Source of the DNA: Octopus sinensis
Lineage: Eukaryota
Assembly (NCBI RefSeq): GCF_006345805.1
Contig: NW_021833638.1
Span: forward strand, 1 to 64,000
Reading direction: 5' to 3'
Length of the DNA stretch: 64,000 bases
Both the position numbers and the translations under genes were made by a program. Shown here piece by piece: positions 10,540 through 24,188 of the stretch (within the stretch, counting starts at the first letter, position 1; each line of letters opens with the position of its first letter). The notes under the pieces were generated by a model. It was not told the origin of the DNA and did no database searches. It worked only from the letters and a program-made list of their open reading frames with translations.

Positions 10540-12550
10540 GTTTCTAATTTTGGCACAAGGCCAGCAAGTTCGGGAAGGAGATATGTGATCAGATCGACCC
10601 CGTACTCAACTGGTACTTACTTTATCGACCCCTTCCCCAGAAAGGATGAGAGGCAAAGCCGACCTCAGCCGAATTTGAACTTAAAACAAAGATGGACGAA
10701 ATGCGTTAGGCATTTTTTTTTCGGTGCGCTAACGATTCCGCCATTTGCCGCATTAAGTATCAGAGCGAAAACAGACTGAAAAAATATTCACTTTCCGTGT
10801 CACTTTCCGACTCCCATTTTTCTACCTCGATGGGAAATTAACTCGACATTTAAAAAGGCTGACCAAATGCTGCGATATATATTTTCTATTAACGCTTTAA
10901 AAACTCTGCCAAACCATCTAACCTCATCGAATAATTGATAATAGAATAACAAATTAGTAAACTTAATGAATTACCTCGTTTATACCCCGGCAGTTTCTGG
11001 ATTACCTGAAAAGACTACCAATCAAGAAATGTTGCCAATATAATCGATCGACTATACCGATTCCTCCATATCTGAGGCTTGATGTCTTTGATAGAATGTG
11101 TATAATATTAGTTACAAATTTTGGCACAAAGCCAGCAGCTCTGTGAGAGGGGCTAAGTCGATTAAATTGAAACCAGTGCTCGACGTGCTAACGATTCTAC
11201 CAGCTCAACGCCTATAATGTGTATAATATTGGTTTCAAGCTTTGGCACAAGACCAGAAATTTGGGGGGGGGTTTAGTCGGTTACATCAACCCCAGTGCGC
11301 ACCTGATACTTTCTTCATCGATCCCGAGAGGATAAAAGGCAAAATAGACTCCGGTGGAATTTGACCTCGGAGCGTAAAAACGAACGAAAAGTCGCTAAGC
11401 AATTTGCCCGGCGCACTAGCGACTTTGTCAGCTCACCGCGTATAATATGTATAATACTAACTGAGTCCTTTACTAATTTCAAATTTTGGATCGTTCATTG
11501 AAATGAGTGGAAATATTTCTTTCAAATCCGTGGGGATTATCTTGTCAACTGATGGTAATATCTAATTTTATTCTATTATCAAAAAATGAGAATGAAATAG
11601 AATAAATATTAGCCAAGAATATATATATATTTCTGTCATAGGCATATCGCTTGGCTGGTGGAGGCGCAATGGCCCAGTGGTTAGGGCAGCGGACTCGCGG
11701 TCATAGGATCGTGGTTTCGATTCCCAGACCGGGCGTTGTGAGTGTTTATTGAGCGAAAACACCTAAAAAGCTCCACGAGGCTCCGGCAGGGGATGGTGGT
11801 GATCCCTGCTGTACTCTTTCACCACAACTTTCTCTCTCTTACTTCCTGTTTCTGTTGTACCTGTATTTCAAAGGACCGGCCTTGTCACTCTCTGTGTCAC
11901 GCTGAATATCCCCGAGAACTACGTTAAGGGTACACGTGTCTGTGGAGTGCTCAGCCACTTACACGTTAATTTCACGAGCAGGCTGTTCCGTTGATTCGGA
12001 TCAACCGGAACTCTCATCGTCGTAACCGACGGAGTGCTTCCATCCATAGCTTGGCTGATTTTAATTCCGGATATAACGGGCAATGCTGTAATGTATTTTA
12101 TTATATCGAATTAATCGTCCGGCCATTTCACTTACTCGATTGCAATAACAGATGGTAATATTCTTTCCTACTCTAGGCACAAGGCCAGAAACTTTTGGGG
12201 AGGGGATATTTAATTAGCTCGACCCCAGTACGCAACTGGTATTTAATTTATCGACCCCGAAAGGATTAAAGGCAAAGTCGACCTCGGCGGAATTTGAACT
12301 CAGAACGTAACGGCAGACGAAATATCACAAAGCATTTCGCCCGGCGTGCTAACGTTTCTGCCAGCTACGCTCCCCATCCTGGAGAGCTGGCAAAGTGGTT
12401 TAGCAGCATTTCGCCATCTTTACGTTCCAGGTTCAAATTTCGTCTCGGTCGACTTTGCTTTTCATCTTTTCGTGGTCGATAAAATAAGTTTAGTTGATTA
12501 CTGAAGTCGATGCAATTTGAATAAGCCCTCCCTTTAAAATTGCTGACGTT
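10540..12550. mobile_element. Cluster of decayed SINE B copies around a SINE C copy
   Basis: SINE B remnants at about 10540-10760(-), 11110-11450(-), 12160-12370(-) and 12385-12550(+). Confidence 0.7.
11657..12045 (+). mobile_element. tRNA-derived SINE, head C plus tail X
   Basis: Closely matches 8930-9313; GCTTGGCTG is repeated on both flanks. Confidence 0.85.
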
Positions 12551-13191
12551 GTGCCAGAATTAGAATATTACTCTCTCAATTACAGCTTTCATATTCAATT
12601 AAGGGCACTTGATCACGTGATCAGTCCCGACGTGCGGTGGAATTTAGATTCAGAATAGAGTCTGACCATATGGCGAAAGTCATCTGGTCCGACTCTCTAA
12701 CAATTCTACACGTCTCTGTAATGGTACTTTATTTATCGACCATGAATGGAGAAAATACTAAGTTGACTTCAACTGGATTTGAACTGAGAGAGTAGGATCG
12801 AATATAGCAACCACTCTTTTCTGAAAAAGAGAAGAATACCAGGGCTTGAAAATTCATCTATTCATACAGAAAACTAATGAAACCACATGCTTAATGAAAA
12901 ATTAATATTACTACAAAGTAGTTTCAAATATCAAAGAGTTTGTTTCTAACAATCCATATAACATAATAAGCAAGTAAACAATTGTATTGATTGATATATT
13001 GATGGTCGTCACTTTAGCAGAATATTATTTGAAAGGATTGAAAACAGGCTGGTATTCTATGATATACTACTTTGATTATTTGTCTTACCTGGCTGAATAA
13101 GCAGCAAGTTCAACTTCGGTAATGTCTACAGCTAGGACGTGAAGAGACGTAACTGACTGAACAGCAAATTTTCTTTTTCTTTTTTTTTTCT

Positions 13192-13430
13192 GTTATTACA
13201 TCTGCCTTAGCGAAGGCGGAGGCATTGTTTTCAGTCACGTTTGTTTGCGATATCTCAAGAACCGCTGGATGGATTCGGATGAAACTTTCAAGGATGTTTG
13301 TCCTCGTGACTGGCCCGAACTGATTAGGTTTTCGGATCGATCCGGAACTGGACAATAATTCTGGATTATTTGTTATATTTGCGTTACGTGATTACGATCT
13401 TACGTTAACTCTCAAGTCTTTCTAAATTAT
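13192..13430 (+). mobile_element. DINE-1-like (Helentron-associated) non-autonomous element fragment
   Basis: Starts TTATTACATCTGCCTTAGCGAAGGCGGAGG (terminal hairpin), followed by GATATCTCAAGAACCGCTGGATGGATTCGGATGAAACTTTCA, typical of DINE/HINE bodies. Confidence 0.5.
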
Positions 13431-13879
13431 CTCCCTTTAGGCTGTAACCACTAAGCTATGCGTCTTCACAATTGACTAATGCCTTCTGAGTGAAATATGG
13501 TTGTCGGAATATGATTATGAATGATTGAACAGTTCGCTTCACAACCATAAGGTCCCGCGTTTGATTGCACTGCACTTCATGTTGGGCAAATACTTGGTAT
13601 CGCTTGGTGTCGACCCATGTTTTTTAAGTGAAAATGCGTACACGGAAACTGTATAGCAGCACATCAAATAGATTATACCTACAAATCAAAAAGCACAGAT
13701 TTGTCTGTAATTCGTTGTCTCACGCTGATTCTGTCGGAGAGTTACGAGTGAGGTACACGTGTCTGCAGAGTGTTGTGCCATCTACATGTTAAATTAATAA
13801 ACAGGTTGATCAAAAATCTGAATCTTCATCGTGGAACGACTGATGGCCACTAACGCTATTCATACATGCATACATACAT

Positions 13880-13910
<31 letters not shown>

Positions 13911-14117
13911 TACACATATAAGCATACATACACACATATCACTTGCTGCAGAGAGCTTGTCTCCCTCGTCAGTCAGTAGATAAGCGCTTCCCCGTGGCTA
14001 AGAATTGTTTTGGCTCTTATTTCTAGCAATGCTGGGGTTGACTTGCAGCCTCGGTCACTATAGTGACGATTGTACTTGAACCTATATATATATATATTAT
14101 ATATATATATATATATA

Positions 14118-14350
14118 TACTCTTTTACTCTTTTACTCTTTTACTTGTTTCAGTCATTTGACTGTGGCCATGCTGGCGGACCGCCTTTCGTCGAGCAAAT
14201 CGACCCCAGGACTTATTCTTTGTCAGCCTAGTACTTATTCTATCGGCCTCTTTTTGCCGAACCGCTAAGTTACGGGGATGTAAACACAGCAGCATCGGTT
14301 GTCAAGTGATGTGGGTGGGGGGACAAACACAAACACAGACAAACATATAC

Positions 14351-14387
<37 letters not shown>

Positions 14388-14826
14388 CTTTTACTCTTTT
14401 ACTCTTTTACTTGTTTCAGTCATTTGACTGTGGCCATGCTGGCGGACCGCCTTTCGTCGAGCAAATCGACCCCAGGACTTATTCTTTGTCAGCCTAGTAC
14501 TTATTCTATCGGCCTCTTTTTGCCGAACCGCTAAGTTACGGGGATGTAAACACAGCAGCATCGGTTGTCAAGTGATGTGGGTGGGGGGACAAACACAAAC
14601 ACAGACAAACATATACACATACATACATATAATATATATATATATATATAAATACATATATACGACGGGCTTCTTTCGGTTTCCGTCTACCAAATCTACT
14701 CACAAGACTTTGGTCGGCCCGAGGCTATAGTAGAAGACACTTGCCGAAAGTGCCACGCAGTGGGACTGAACCCGGAACCATGTGGTTCGTAAGCAAGCTA
14801 CTTACCACACATCCACTCCTACGCCT
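14118..14826 (-). mobile_element. SINE family A with a 266-bp tandem duplication of its 3' part
   Basis: The units starting at about 14118 and 14384 share private variants (CTGGCGGACCGCC, TTTGTCAGCC). Confidence 0.85.
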
Positions 14827-15865
14827 ATGCGTATATATTTTAGCTGGTACAGCGACTACATAAAGTATAGGTTCGTCGTTACCGATTTCCCAACAGCAGG
14901 AAAATTTTGACCCAAGTCAAATTCGAACTCACTAATAAAAAGACCAGCGCTACGATTCTCTGAGGAATTGAGACACCTCATAAATTATTCAAGCGTGTGT
15001 ACGCAACGGGGGAAAAAAACGATGAATTCGAAAAAAAAAAAAAATAAAATACCCCTTCACATTAATTCTGTTCAGCTTGCATTAGCAATCTATTGTTCTC
15101 TTCACCATTATACATGCAGTAAATCAGAGATTAGATTGTTAGAATCCTTTAACCATCAACGCTATTGTTCTCAAACTGCTATACGTAACGGAGGTTATGT
15201 TCCTTTTACGTTTCAGTTTTTCTATGTTGGGAAATCAGAATAGATTATCTATATGCTGTTAGTCCAGATTAGTATTATTCGCATTACTATTCTATTTATT
15301 GTAGCTCAGTCGATAATTCATTTTATGCATGAATGAACTGCGGATTAAAAAGGAAAGCACAAAAAAAGGTAAACAAAAATATATAGTAAGAAGTGTTTGA
15401 CTGATATGGATAGAGGCGAATGTAAGATATTGTTCTGTCGATAGTTGTGGATGGTTTTCTTTCAGTTATTTTTCGTTGTTGTTGTTGTTGTAGTTGCTGT
15501 CGTGGTCAATGTTGCCATTGTTCTTTATTTGTGTGGTGGTCGTTGTTGTTCTCTCAAATAACAAGGAAATGACAAAGGAGAATGCAAGAAGAGACGATGT
15601 TAAATATCTGTAATGTCATCGGAAAAAAAGCTAATTACGTTAATATTTACTAAATGATATTGAACCAAAATAAAGTCCTGTGCATGATTTTACACGTTAT
15701 ATAACTTCAAAAGCCGCCTTGGTTAATTGTCCAACGTCAGTAGTAACAAAAGCTTCCCTAGCCTACTCGTAGCTATTCACCCTGCTTCAAATAGCAGGAA
15801 AACCCTTTCAAATCGTACCTTACGTTTTTAACCCTTTGCCTCTCCAAAGCATTTTCGTAAATTTA

Positions 15866-16275
15866 GGATCTTTTCGGTTTGAACGGCAGTTTTTTAAAAT
15901 AATTTCCACGTAAGTAAACACTTTTAAACTTCGTATACTGGTAGAATGTGTTTATAAAACATCTTTTTCTCTTGGCTTTATTGAGAAAATTCTATAGTTT
16001 GTAAGATATTTGTTGTTTTTTTCCTTCAATTTCTGCAATTTCAACCAATCAATGACGTCTATTGAGGTGAAAACATTCTGTGCCGTATGAATATGTCCCT
16101 CGTTTAAGAAACAGATTGGGTTTATTTACATTTCTGAAGAAAAAAGATACCCTTCCCCCCACCCCTAACCATAAAACAGATTGAAATGCAATAGATCGAT
16201 ACTAGGGTCATAATTATGGGTGACAATTTCATATGACACCGCTAGAAAAAACTGCCGTTCAAACCGAAAAGATCC
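15866..16275. mobile_element. MITE with perfect 30-bp TIRs and TA TSD
   Basis: GGATCTTTTCGGTTTGAACGGCAGTTTTTT at 15866-15895 and its exact reverse complement at 16246-16275, with TA on both flanks. Confidence 0.85.
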
Positions 16276-16290
16276 TAAGTTTATCCTAAA

Positions 16291-16682
16291 CTAGCAGTAT
16301 CGCCCGGCGTTGCTCGGGTTTGTTTCGACCCTTTAGAATTGGAATTTTTGAAAAGTAAAAAGTTTGCATTATGTAACTTGTTATTCTCTTTAAGTGAACA
16401 TTTTTCTGGTTGAAATACACCGAAAAATGGCGACACAGCAGTCAAAAATTCGTAAAAAATAGGGATTTTCATAGAAAAAAAGCACCTTTTTGATGTAAAT
16501 AATTTTTGGTGTTAACATGGTTCGATTTGAATTTCATCTTCTACGGAATAAAGAACAAGCCTTCTTCTATCATACTCTCAATTTTGGTCAACTTGCGCCG
16601 CAGGGTCTTGGAGGAGATAGTGTTAGTTAAAGGCTACCAAACCAGCCATACACAGACAACTTCAACTTTATATATAGAGAGA
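16291..16682 (-). mobile_element. Non-autonomous Helitron
   Basis: On the minus strand: A|TC start, subterminal hairpin CCCGAGCAACGCCGGG, CTAG|T end. Confidence 0.8.
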
Positions 16683-17246
16683 TGTCTATGATTGTTTTCA
16701 GACTGTTAGATAACCCGTGCCTCGAATGGTCTGAGTTACATAAGGTTTTCCTTTCATTAGTTCCAAGTTGCATTGGTGGTTAAAGGAAAACTGGAAATGT
16801 GTATTGTATACGAGGCACGGACACGAGGGAAATATGTCATGTGTATCACAGGACAGGGAAAGGGTTAAAAGAAGGAAGGATACATTGGAAAATGTGGTCG
16901 CAGATATTTAATTTTGATTGATTTATCACGGTTGAAACAACTTTGAACATAGGTATTCCTTGATTGTCCCAAACACTAAGACACAGGTCCACATAAATAC
17001 CATCATTTTTGTCATAGCGCCGAGCCGATTATTCAGATTGCTTAGACCTTAGTCATTCTTAATCTAACTGATTTTATTAGCAAATGAAAGGAGTTCTACC
17101 TAAGAAAATGCTGTCTTTTTTTCCGTTTGCAGCAATCTATTAAGGACGAATTTTAGTACAATGTAGCTGCTGATTATAGCGGGTCGATCGACTATACACA
17201 GTTTCCATCGTTGTCAACCGTCGTAGTTTTAAAAAAATAGGAAAAT

Positions 17247-17322
17247 GCTACCTAAACTGAGATTCGAACTCGTGACTACTATCTTACAAAGCAAACACTC
17301 TATCCTGTTTAGCTACTGAGAC
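17247..17322 (-). pseudogene. Degenerate tRNA-like sequence, probably an old SINE head
   Basis: A-box-like TAGCTAAACAGG and B-box-like GAGTTCGAATC, but the acceptor stem does not pair. Confidence 0.4.
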
Positions 17323-18392
17323 ACTTCATACCCCTCGCATTTAAAGTTTGTGTTAAGTTTTATGCGTTGTTTAATACGAACTCGGCACTGATCAAAAGCA
17401 TTCCAGTAGGGACCACCCAGTCTTTGGAGCTGATGGTGGATATCTAGAATAACAATACCTCATTTGTGCCATTCAATATTACGACGACAGACAACGATTT
17501 GAGGAAGATTTCATTGCTATTTCTAGTAGGTCCAGCGAAAACTAAATGGCTTCTTCGTTGACGCAAAATCGTTCACTGAATATATAGTTACGTGTGTTGT
17601 CAGAACAGACGATAAATGAAACACCTGCACTATTTAAAGATACGAATGATTTTATCAGAAGGGGAAGAAAGAATACTTTGAAAGTATGTTAAACGTGCCT
17701 TTGGAAACTTTTTGAATTTTAAAGGCGAGTGGATAAATGAGAAGTCGTGCAAGTGTGGATTGTAGGCTTGTGGAGGTTATTGATATATTACTTAAACTGA
17801 AAGCAACGTTGCAGCTGGTATTCAGTGTAAGCAGATATAAATCAGTGTCTCAGTGTAGAAACATAGTTACGAGGGAGAAATCTCAGAAGTTGAAATGCTA
17901 GAGCTGACTAACTGAGCAAAGTATTTAGGTTAAGATCTTAGGCGAGATGAAATGCAGCAGACTTGAGGCGAAGAACGATAAAAAACACCGTACAGCGGAA
18001 AGTCGTGTACAGTTTATATATAACTAGTGGAGCAGAAACCGTTGGGGGTTATCGACGAAGGTAGAGAAGAGACAAAAAACAGGTGAAATGAGAAGAAAAA
18101 TATGCTTCGGAACAGGACACTAATCTCTCGCTGGAATCCTCTCGAGTCATCGTTGAAAGCTAACAAATAACAGATAGAGATTGTTCTTGTTCTTGTTGTT
18201 GCCAATGATGATAATGGCACTGTGATTTAGCTTGGATGAATTCAGACCGAATAAATTTATCATCAAAATCATTTGAGTCGTGACGTTACTGTCTTTGTAC
18301 GACCATCTCACATAATTTGAATTAATATTCTTTTCCTTTTCCAAGACTGCAAGACTTGATTCCAGGAACATTTAGTTCGTTGTTTCTTATGT

Positions 18393-18618
18393 TTTTATTG
18401 CCCACAAAGGGCTAAACATAGAGGGGACAAACAAGGACAGACAAACGGATTAAGTCGATTACATAGACCCCAGTGCGTAACTGGTACTTAATTTATCGAC
18501 CCCCGAAATGATGAAAGGCAAAGTCGACCTCGGCGGAATTTGAACTCAGAACGTAACGGCAGACGAAATGCCGCTAAGCATTTCGCCCAGCGTGCTAACG
18601 TTTCTGCCAGCTCGCCGC
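18393..18618 (-). mobile_element. SINE family B, full length
   Basis: Matches 40708-40938. Confidence 0.85.
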
Positions 18619-19161
18619 TTTTAGTTATTGTTTCTAACGACCAGGGATATACGTAGAGACCCCAATCTCCTTGCTGCTTCTGCATACAATTGTAAACTAT
18701 ATTATCGTACTGTAAATCCTTGCAACTTGGTGAATATGGCTGTTGAGAATTAAATATCTTGTTCATGGGCATATTACAGTGTTGGTCGTATCCATGAGCC
18801 CCTGTCTATCTTAGAGGTTTGGGTTACTCTGAGTAAATCAGTATTCGTTTATATATTCTTTGATTCTCTTACTGAGTTCACCCATTAGGCCGAGGCCATG
18901 CTGAAGCACCGCATACAAGGGTTTAGTCGATGAAATCGGCCCCATTACTTACTTTTAAATGTAGTAGCTATTTTACCGTATGTAAGTGCGAAGTACTAAC
19001 GTATCAGCTAATGGTCCAGTATACTGTTGAGGGCCATCAGTGTATGATTATATCTCACCCAGCTGCGACCCTTTCACTTCAATTATCTAACATATAACTA
19101 ACTTCTTTGAAGCGTTGAGCACAACCCTCTCTCTTTACATCAATAACAATACTCTTTCTCA

Positions 19162-19570
19162 TTTTACTCTTTTATTTGTTTCAGTCATGTGACTGTGACC
19201 ATGCTGGAGCACCGACTCTAGTCGAGCAAATCGACCCCAGGATTTATTCTTTGTAAGCCTAGTACTTATTCTATCGGTGTCTTTTGCCGAACCGCTAAGT
19301 TACGGGGACGTATACACACCAGTACCGGTTGTCAAGCGATGTTAGGAGTAGGACAAACGCAAACACATATATACACACACACGCATATATATATATATAT
19401 ATATACATATATACGACAGGCTTGTTTCAGTTTCTGTCTACCAAATCCACTCACAAGGCTTTGGTCGGCCCGAGGCTATAGTAGAAGACACTTGCCCAAG
19501 GTGCCACGCAGTGGGACTGAACCCGGAACCATGTGGTTCATAAGCAAGCTACTTACCACACAGCCACTCA
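19162..19570 (-). mobile_element. SINE family A
   Basis: Full-length match to family A. Confidence 0.85.
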
Positions 19571-20494
19571 TGGCATTTTATAAGTTATAAAAAATCAGTT
19601 TGTTATTATCACGTGATGATCAGCAACTCTCTGAATTGAATGAATTTTTACAATGGTAAAGCCCCCAAAATTCGAAGGATCGCACTCTGCTGTTGATGTG
19701 TTACTTCGATTATAATTATACGCCATCGGTCTATATGAGCAGAGTTCACTGTTACAAGATATACAAGTAATTATTCTTTTCTACTCGAGCCACAAGTCCC
19801 GAAATTTTTGGAGAGGGGTCAGTCGATAAGATCGACTCCAGTACGCAACTGGTACTTGATTTATCGACTCCGAAAGGATTGTTTTACGATTGCTTGTACA
19901 AGATAAATTAAATGTATTGGTTTTATTCCTTTGTGGAGAGATAAGGAAATATATATGAACAGTCAGAAAAAAGCGGAAAAAATTTATAAGAGGTTTATAT
20001 GTAAATTAATATAAACCGGTTAAATGAAAAAAAATTGCTTTGCAGTTGGTATTTCTGAAGAAAGATTTATGTCGCAGTCATAAATTATCAATTTATACAT
20101 TTAACTTAGTATACATACAATTACATTTACGTCCAAAAATTTTCATTGACGTGACTAATGCAATTAGGCAGGGAATGAATGGCTGACATGCTAACAATAC
20201 ACCTGGGTTTATTTAATGTTTTATGCTCAGGTAAAGCAATCAGTCGATCTGTTACTGATTACATAGGCACACACAATAATACACACTTATGTGTGAAAAT
20301 AATGTATTTATTATATGAATGTGAATGCGTTATAAAATTTATGTGTTCTAAAAATCTGACGAAGCAGAATAAGTCAAATGTACTGACAAGAAACCTAAGT
20401 CTTAGGCTATGCCGAAGGAAGGTAGACTTCACAGCTAATTTGCTTCATAGTTTGATAATTAGATAGCTAGTAAGGAAGATAAATAGACATATAT

Positions 20495-20715
20495 TTTTCT
20501 ACTCTAGGCACAAAGCCCGAAATTTTGGGTGAGGAGGCCAGTCGATTAGATCGATCCCACTACGTAACTGGTACTTAATTTATCGATCCCAAAAGGATGA
20601 AAGGCAGAGTCGACCTCGGCAGAGTTTGAACTCAGAACGTAAAGACAGACGAAATACCTATTTCTTTACTACCCACTAGGGGCTAAACACAGAGAGGGAC
20701 AAACAACGACAGAAA
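20495..20715 (-). mobile_element. SINE B dimer-type copy (5' truncated)
   Basis: Junction AAAGAAATA|GGTATTTCGT on the minus strand, as at about 32717. Confidence 0.7.
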
Positions 20716-20812
20716 TTTCTGAATAAAATATTACAGAAAGTGACGTTTCGACATCGTTGTGAAAGAGACAGATAGACACATGTGTGTGCGTATGTGTGTA
20801 TGTGCGCGCGAA

Positions 20813-20855
<43 letters not shown>

Positions 20856-20902
20856 GTGTGTGTGTGTGTCGTGTGTGTGTATGTGTGCACGAACATGTGT
20901 GT

Positions 20903-20933
<31 letters not shown>

Positions 20934-21242
20934 TGTGTGCGTGTGTGTGTGTGTGTGGCCTGCGTCTCTGCGTTGTATTTCAACCTTAGACAGCGATCCG
21001 GCAAGAAGACATCGATTTTTAATTACTGACGTAGATTTCCTGATCGACTAAAACACACACACGCGTACACCGAGAGTTTGAACGCAAACATACATAAATA
21101 CATACATACATATATATAATATATTAGTATATATATATATATATATATCTATAGTACATATAATGTAATATATGTGTAATGCATATATATATATAATATA
21201 TATAATAATGTATATATTATATGTATACATACATATATATAT

Positions 21243-22430
21243 ACTCTTTTACTCTTTTACTTGTTTCAGCCATCCGGCTGAGGCCATGCTGGGGCACCGC
21301 CCTTGTTGCTACCCTCTCTAAGTCCAGTTTGCCGTGGCTGGCCACTGATCTAAGAGAGAGTTTGTAGCTGCTGCCCTTAGGTTACCTTCGTACCTTGCAG
21401 TGGGTTCATCTGGGATCCCGGAAGCAGCTTGTCAGATGTTTTTTGAAAACGTCCACATCCGCATCATGTAGATCTCTTAGTTTTCTTGGCAGTTTGTTGA
21501 AAAGCTGAGGGCCCCTGAACCCCAGGCTATTACAGTATCTGCTCCTTACCCTGGATGTGGAAGACGGGACCTTTGGCACCACACAGTGACGTCCTGTACG
21601 GGGATTGGAACAGCTCTCAATTCCAAAATTTGGTGCTAGTCCCTCCAGGATTTTCCATATGTATATCACTGCATATCTCTCTCGTCTTCGTTCCAAGGAG
21701 TACAAATTGAGTTCCCTAAGCTCTCCCAATAGTTTTTTTTTCATGGTGGAAATCCTCTTGGTGAAATGTCTTTGGATTGTCTCAAGCTCTGTGGTTAGTT
21801 TGACACTATGCGGTGACCACAGTTGGGAGCAGTAGTCCAGGCGGCTTAGGACAAATGTCCTCCATAGTGTCAACATGGTCTCGCAGTCTCTTGTCCGGAA
21901 TGTCCTCAGGATCCAGCCAGTGAGTCGTCTGCACATTGTCGCCACCTTCGCGATGTGTGAAGAAAAAGATGCATCGTCACTCATGTCTATCCCCAGATCC
22001 CGTATTAATTTCGATACGGGATTTCGATCCATCCTGGACCAGTATAGTTGTGTTGTAATGTATATGTGTTACAGCTTGATATTGTAAGCCTGAAATTTGC
22101 CAGCATTAAATTGCATGTTGTTGTCTTCAGCCCATTTGTATATGGCATCCAGATCTTGTTGTAAAAGGTCAGCATCAGCTGGGTTTTTGATTGCCTGTGC
22201 TACCTTTGTGTATCATCAGCATAGCTAGTGAGGGATGTTGTTTGTGCTACCAAGGGCATGTCAGAGAGCGCCACCAAAAACAGCAAGGGTCCCAAGACTG
22301 TGCCCTGTGGCACCCCGCTTGCTATTGGTGTCTTTCCCGAGAGGGCTCCATTGGCTGCAACCATCTGGCTTCTGTCCTTCAGGAAGTCATGTATCCACTC
22401 ACCTACTTTTCCTGTTATGCCGAGTCTGAG
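21243..22430 (-). mobile_element. 5'-truncated CR1/L2-group LINE (RT C-terminal half and 3' tail), frameshifted
   Basis: SGVPQGTVLG and SYADD motifs; RLDYCSQLWSP and YSLERRRER in ORF 21406-22032; 3' tail ending (GTAAAAGA)n. Confidence 0.9.
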
Positions 22431-22576
22431 TAATATATATATTATCTATATTCTATATATAATATACTATATGTATATTTATATATATTATATATATATA
22501 TATATATATGTATATACGTATATATATGTACATATAATGCAATATATGTGTATATGCATATATATAATATATATAA

Positions 22577-22627
<51 letters not shown>

Positions 22628-23214
22628 GTATATACATATATATATGTACATATATGCAATATATGTGTATATGCATATATATAATATATATAATATATGT
22701 ATATATAATACATATATAATATATATACATACACACACACACACACACACACAACACAACACATATATATATATATATAATATATATATATAGAGAGAGA
22801 GAGAGATAGATATAATAGTATAATATATGTATATTTATATATATATATATATATATATACATGCATACACACCTTTAATTGATATTAATAATAAGCCCAT
22901 ATTTTTAATTTCTGTAATTTAATTAGAAATTATATTGCAAAACTTAAATTTGTAATTAATGTTCTCATAATTAGAAATTTTTATTTTCTAATTTAGCAAT
23001 AAACCGGAATTTGAAAATTATGATGAAATCTATGTAAGCAATGAATATATTTAAGCTGTTAAACACAAACTTAAATGTTATTGAATTTAAATGTTATATG
23101 TAGAAGCTGGAGCAATTTATGCGGTTGCCTATGAAGAGACATCATAGTATATTTGGATAAATATTGATTTCGAAGCGAAAAGAAACAATATATACATATA
23201 TATATATTTAAAAA

Positions 23215-23385
23215 TGTAACTACATGTGGATGGTTGACGATTCTTTTTTTCCGTCTTCCTTTTCTCTTGGACTTACCTCTGTCTCCTGTTTCTGAAGAAG
23301 AGCTTTGCTCGAAACGTAAAACCTTATTTCTTTCCTTCCCTGAGCGTCTCTTAATATTTTGCAAGTACCACGTTCTCGCGTTGTA
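23215..23385 (+). mobile_element. Family H1 short repeat with an intact minimal hammerhead motif
   Basis: GTTT-CTGAAGA-A-GAGC-TTT-GCTC-GAAA-CG-TA-AAAC at 23288-23322; stems I and II pair fully. Confidence 0.75.
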
Positions 23386-23396
23386 TATATATATAT

Positions 23397-23793
23397 CTTT
23401 CTCTTTTAGTCTTTTACTTGTTTCAGTCATTTGACTGCGGCCATGCTGGAGCACCGCCTTTTAGTCGAGCAAATCGACCCCGAGACTTATTCTTTGTAAG
23501 CCCAGTACTTATTCTATCGGTCTCTTTTGCTGAACCGCTAAGTGACGAGGACGTAAACACACCAGCATCGGTTGTCAAGCAATGCTAGGGGTCAAACACA
23601 GACACACAAACACACACATATACATATACATATATACGACAGGCTTCTTTCAGTTTCCGTCTACCAAATCCACTCACAAGGCATTGATCGGCCCGGGGCT
23701 ATAGCAGAAGACACTTGCCCAAGATGCCACGTAGTGGAACTGAACTCGGAACCATGTGGTTGGTTAGCAAGCTACTTACCACACAGCCATTCC
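23397..23793 (-). mobile_element. SINE family A
   Basis: Full-length match. Confidence 0.85.
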
Positions 23794-23889
23794 TATATAT
23801 ACATATATAAGGTAAGCAGAGATAGCGTTAATAGTAACCGACGAAGGGATAAGAGTATCCGTATTTTCTATTAGTATCAATTACCCGTG

Positions 23890-24188
23890 CCACAATTTCT
23901 TTTCCTCAACAGGTCCTGTCCTGTTTAACATTGTCCCAAAACTGATCAAAGAGGAAAAGGACCCTATCACCTTTAAACGGAATCTGCACAAATTTCATCA
24001 AGGAATACCAGATAAGCCACCCATACCTGGATACAACTCACTCAACAAGAACTCACTACTTCAATGGAGCATAATATCACAAAACTTGACTTAAAAAGGA
24101 TCTAGATAATCCTATCAGTTGGTGCTATTAAGTTAGACATGTCCTGGACCAATATTTGGTCGAAACATATCTAAGTTTTATCTGAGTC
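23890..24188 (+). mobile_element. CR1/L2-group LINE family 2, 3' end
   Basis: NFFSSTGPVLFNIVPKLIKEEKDP...IPDKPPIPGY; same family as 42808-43240. Confidence 0.8.

Noticed and set aside
16706-16820. Short inverted matches CCGTGCCTCG/CGAGGCACGG
   Set aside because: Only about 10 bp plus a second 9-bp patch, with no TSD; chance cannot be excluded.
17560-18380. Non-repetitive stretch as a promoter or first exon
   Set aside because: No diagnostic motif or ORF can be supported from sequence alone.
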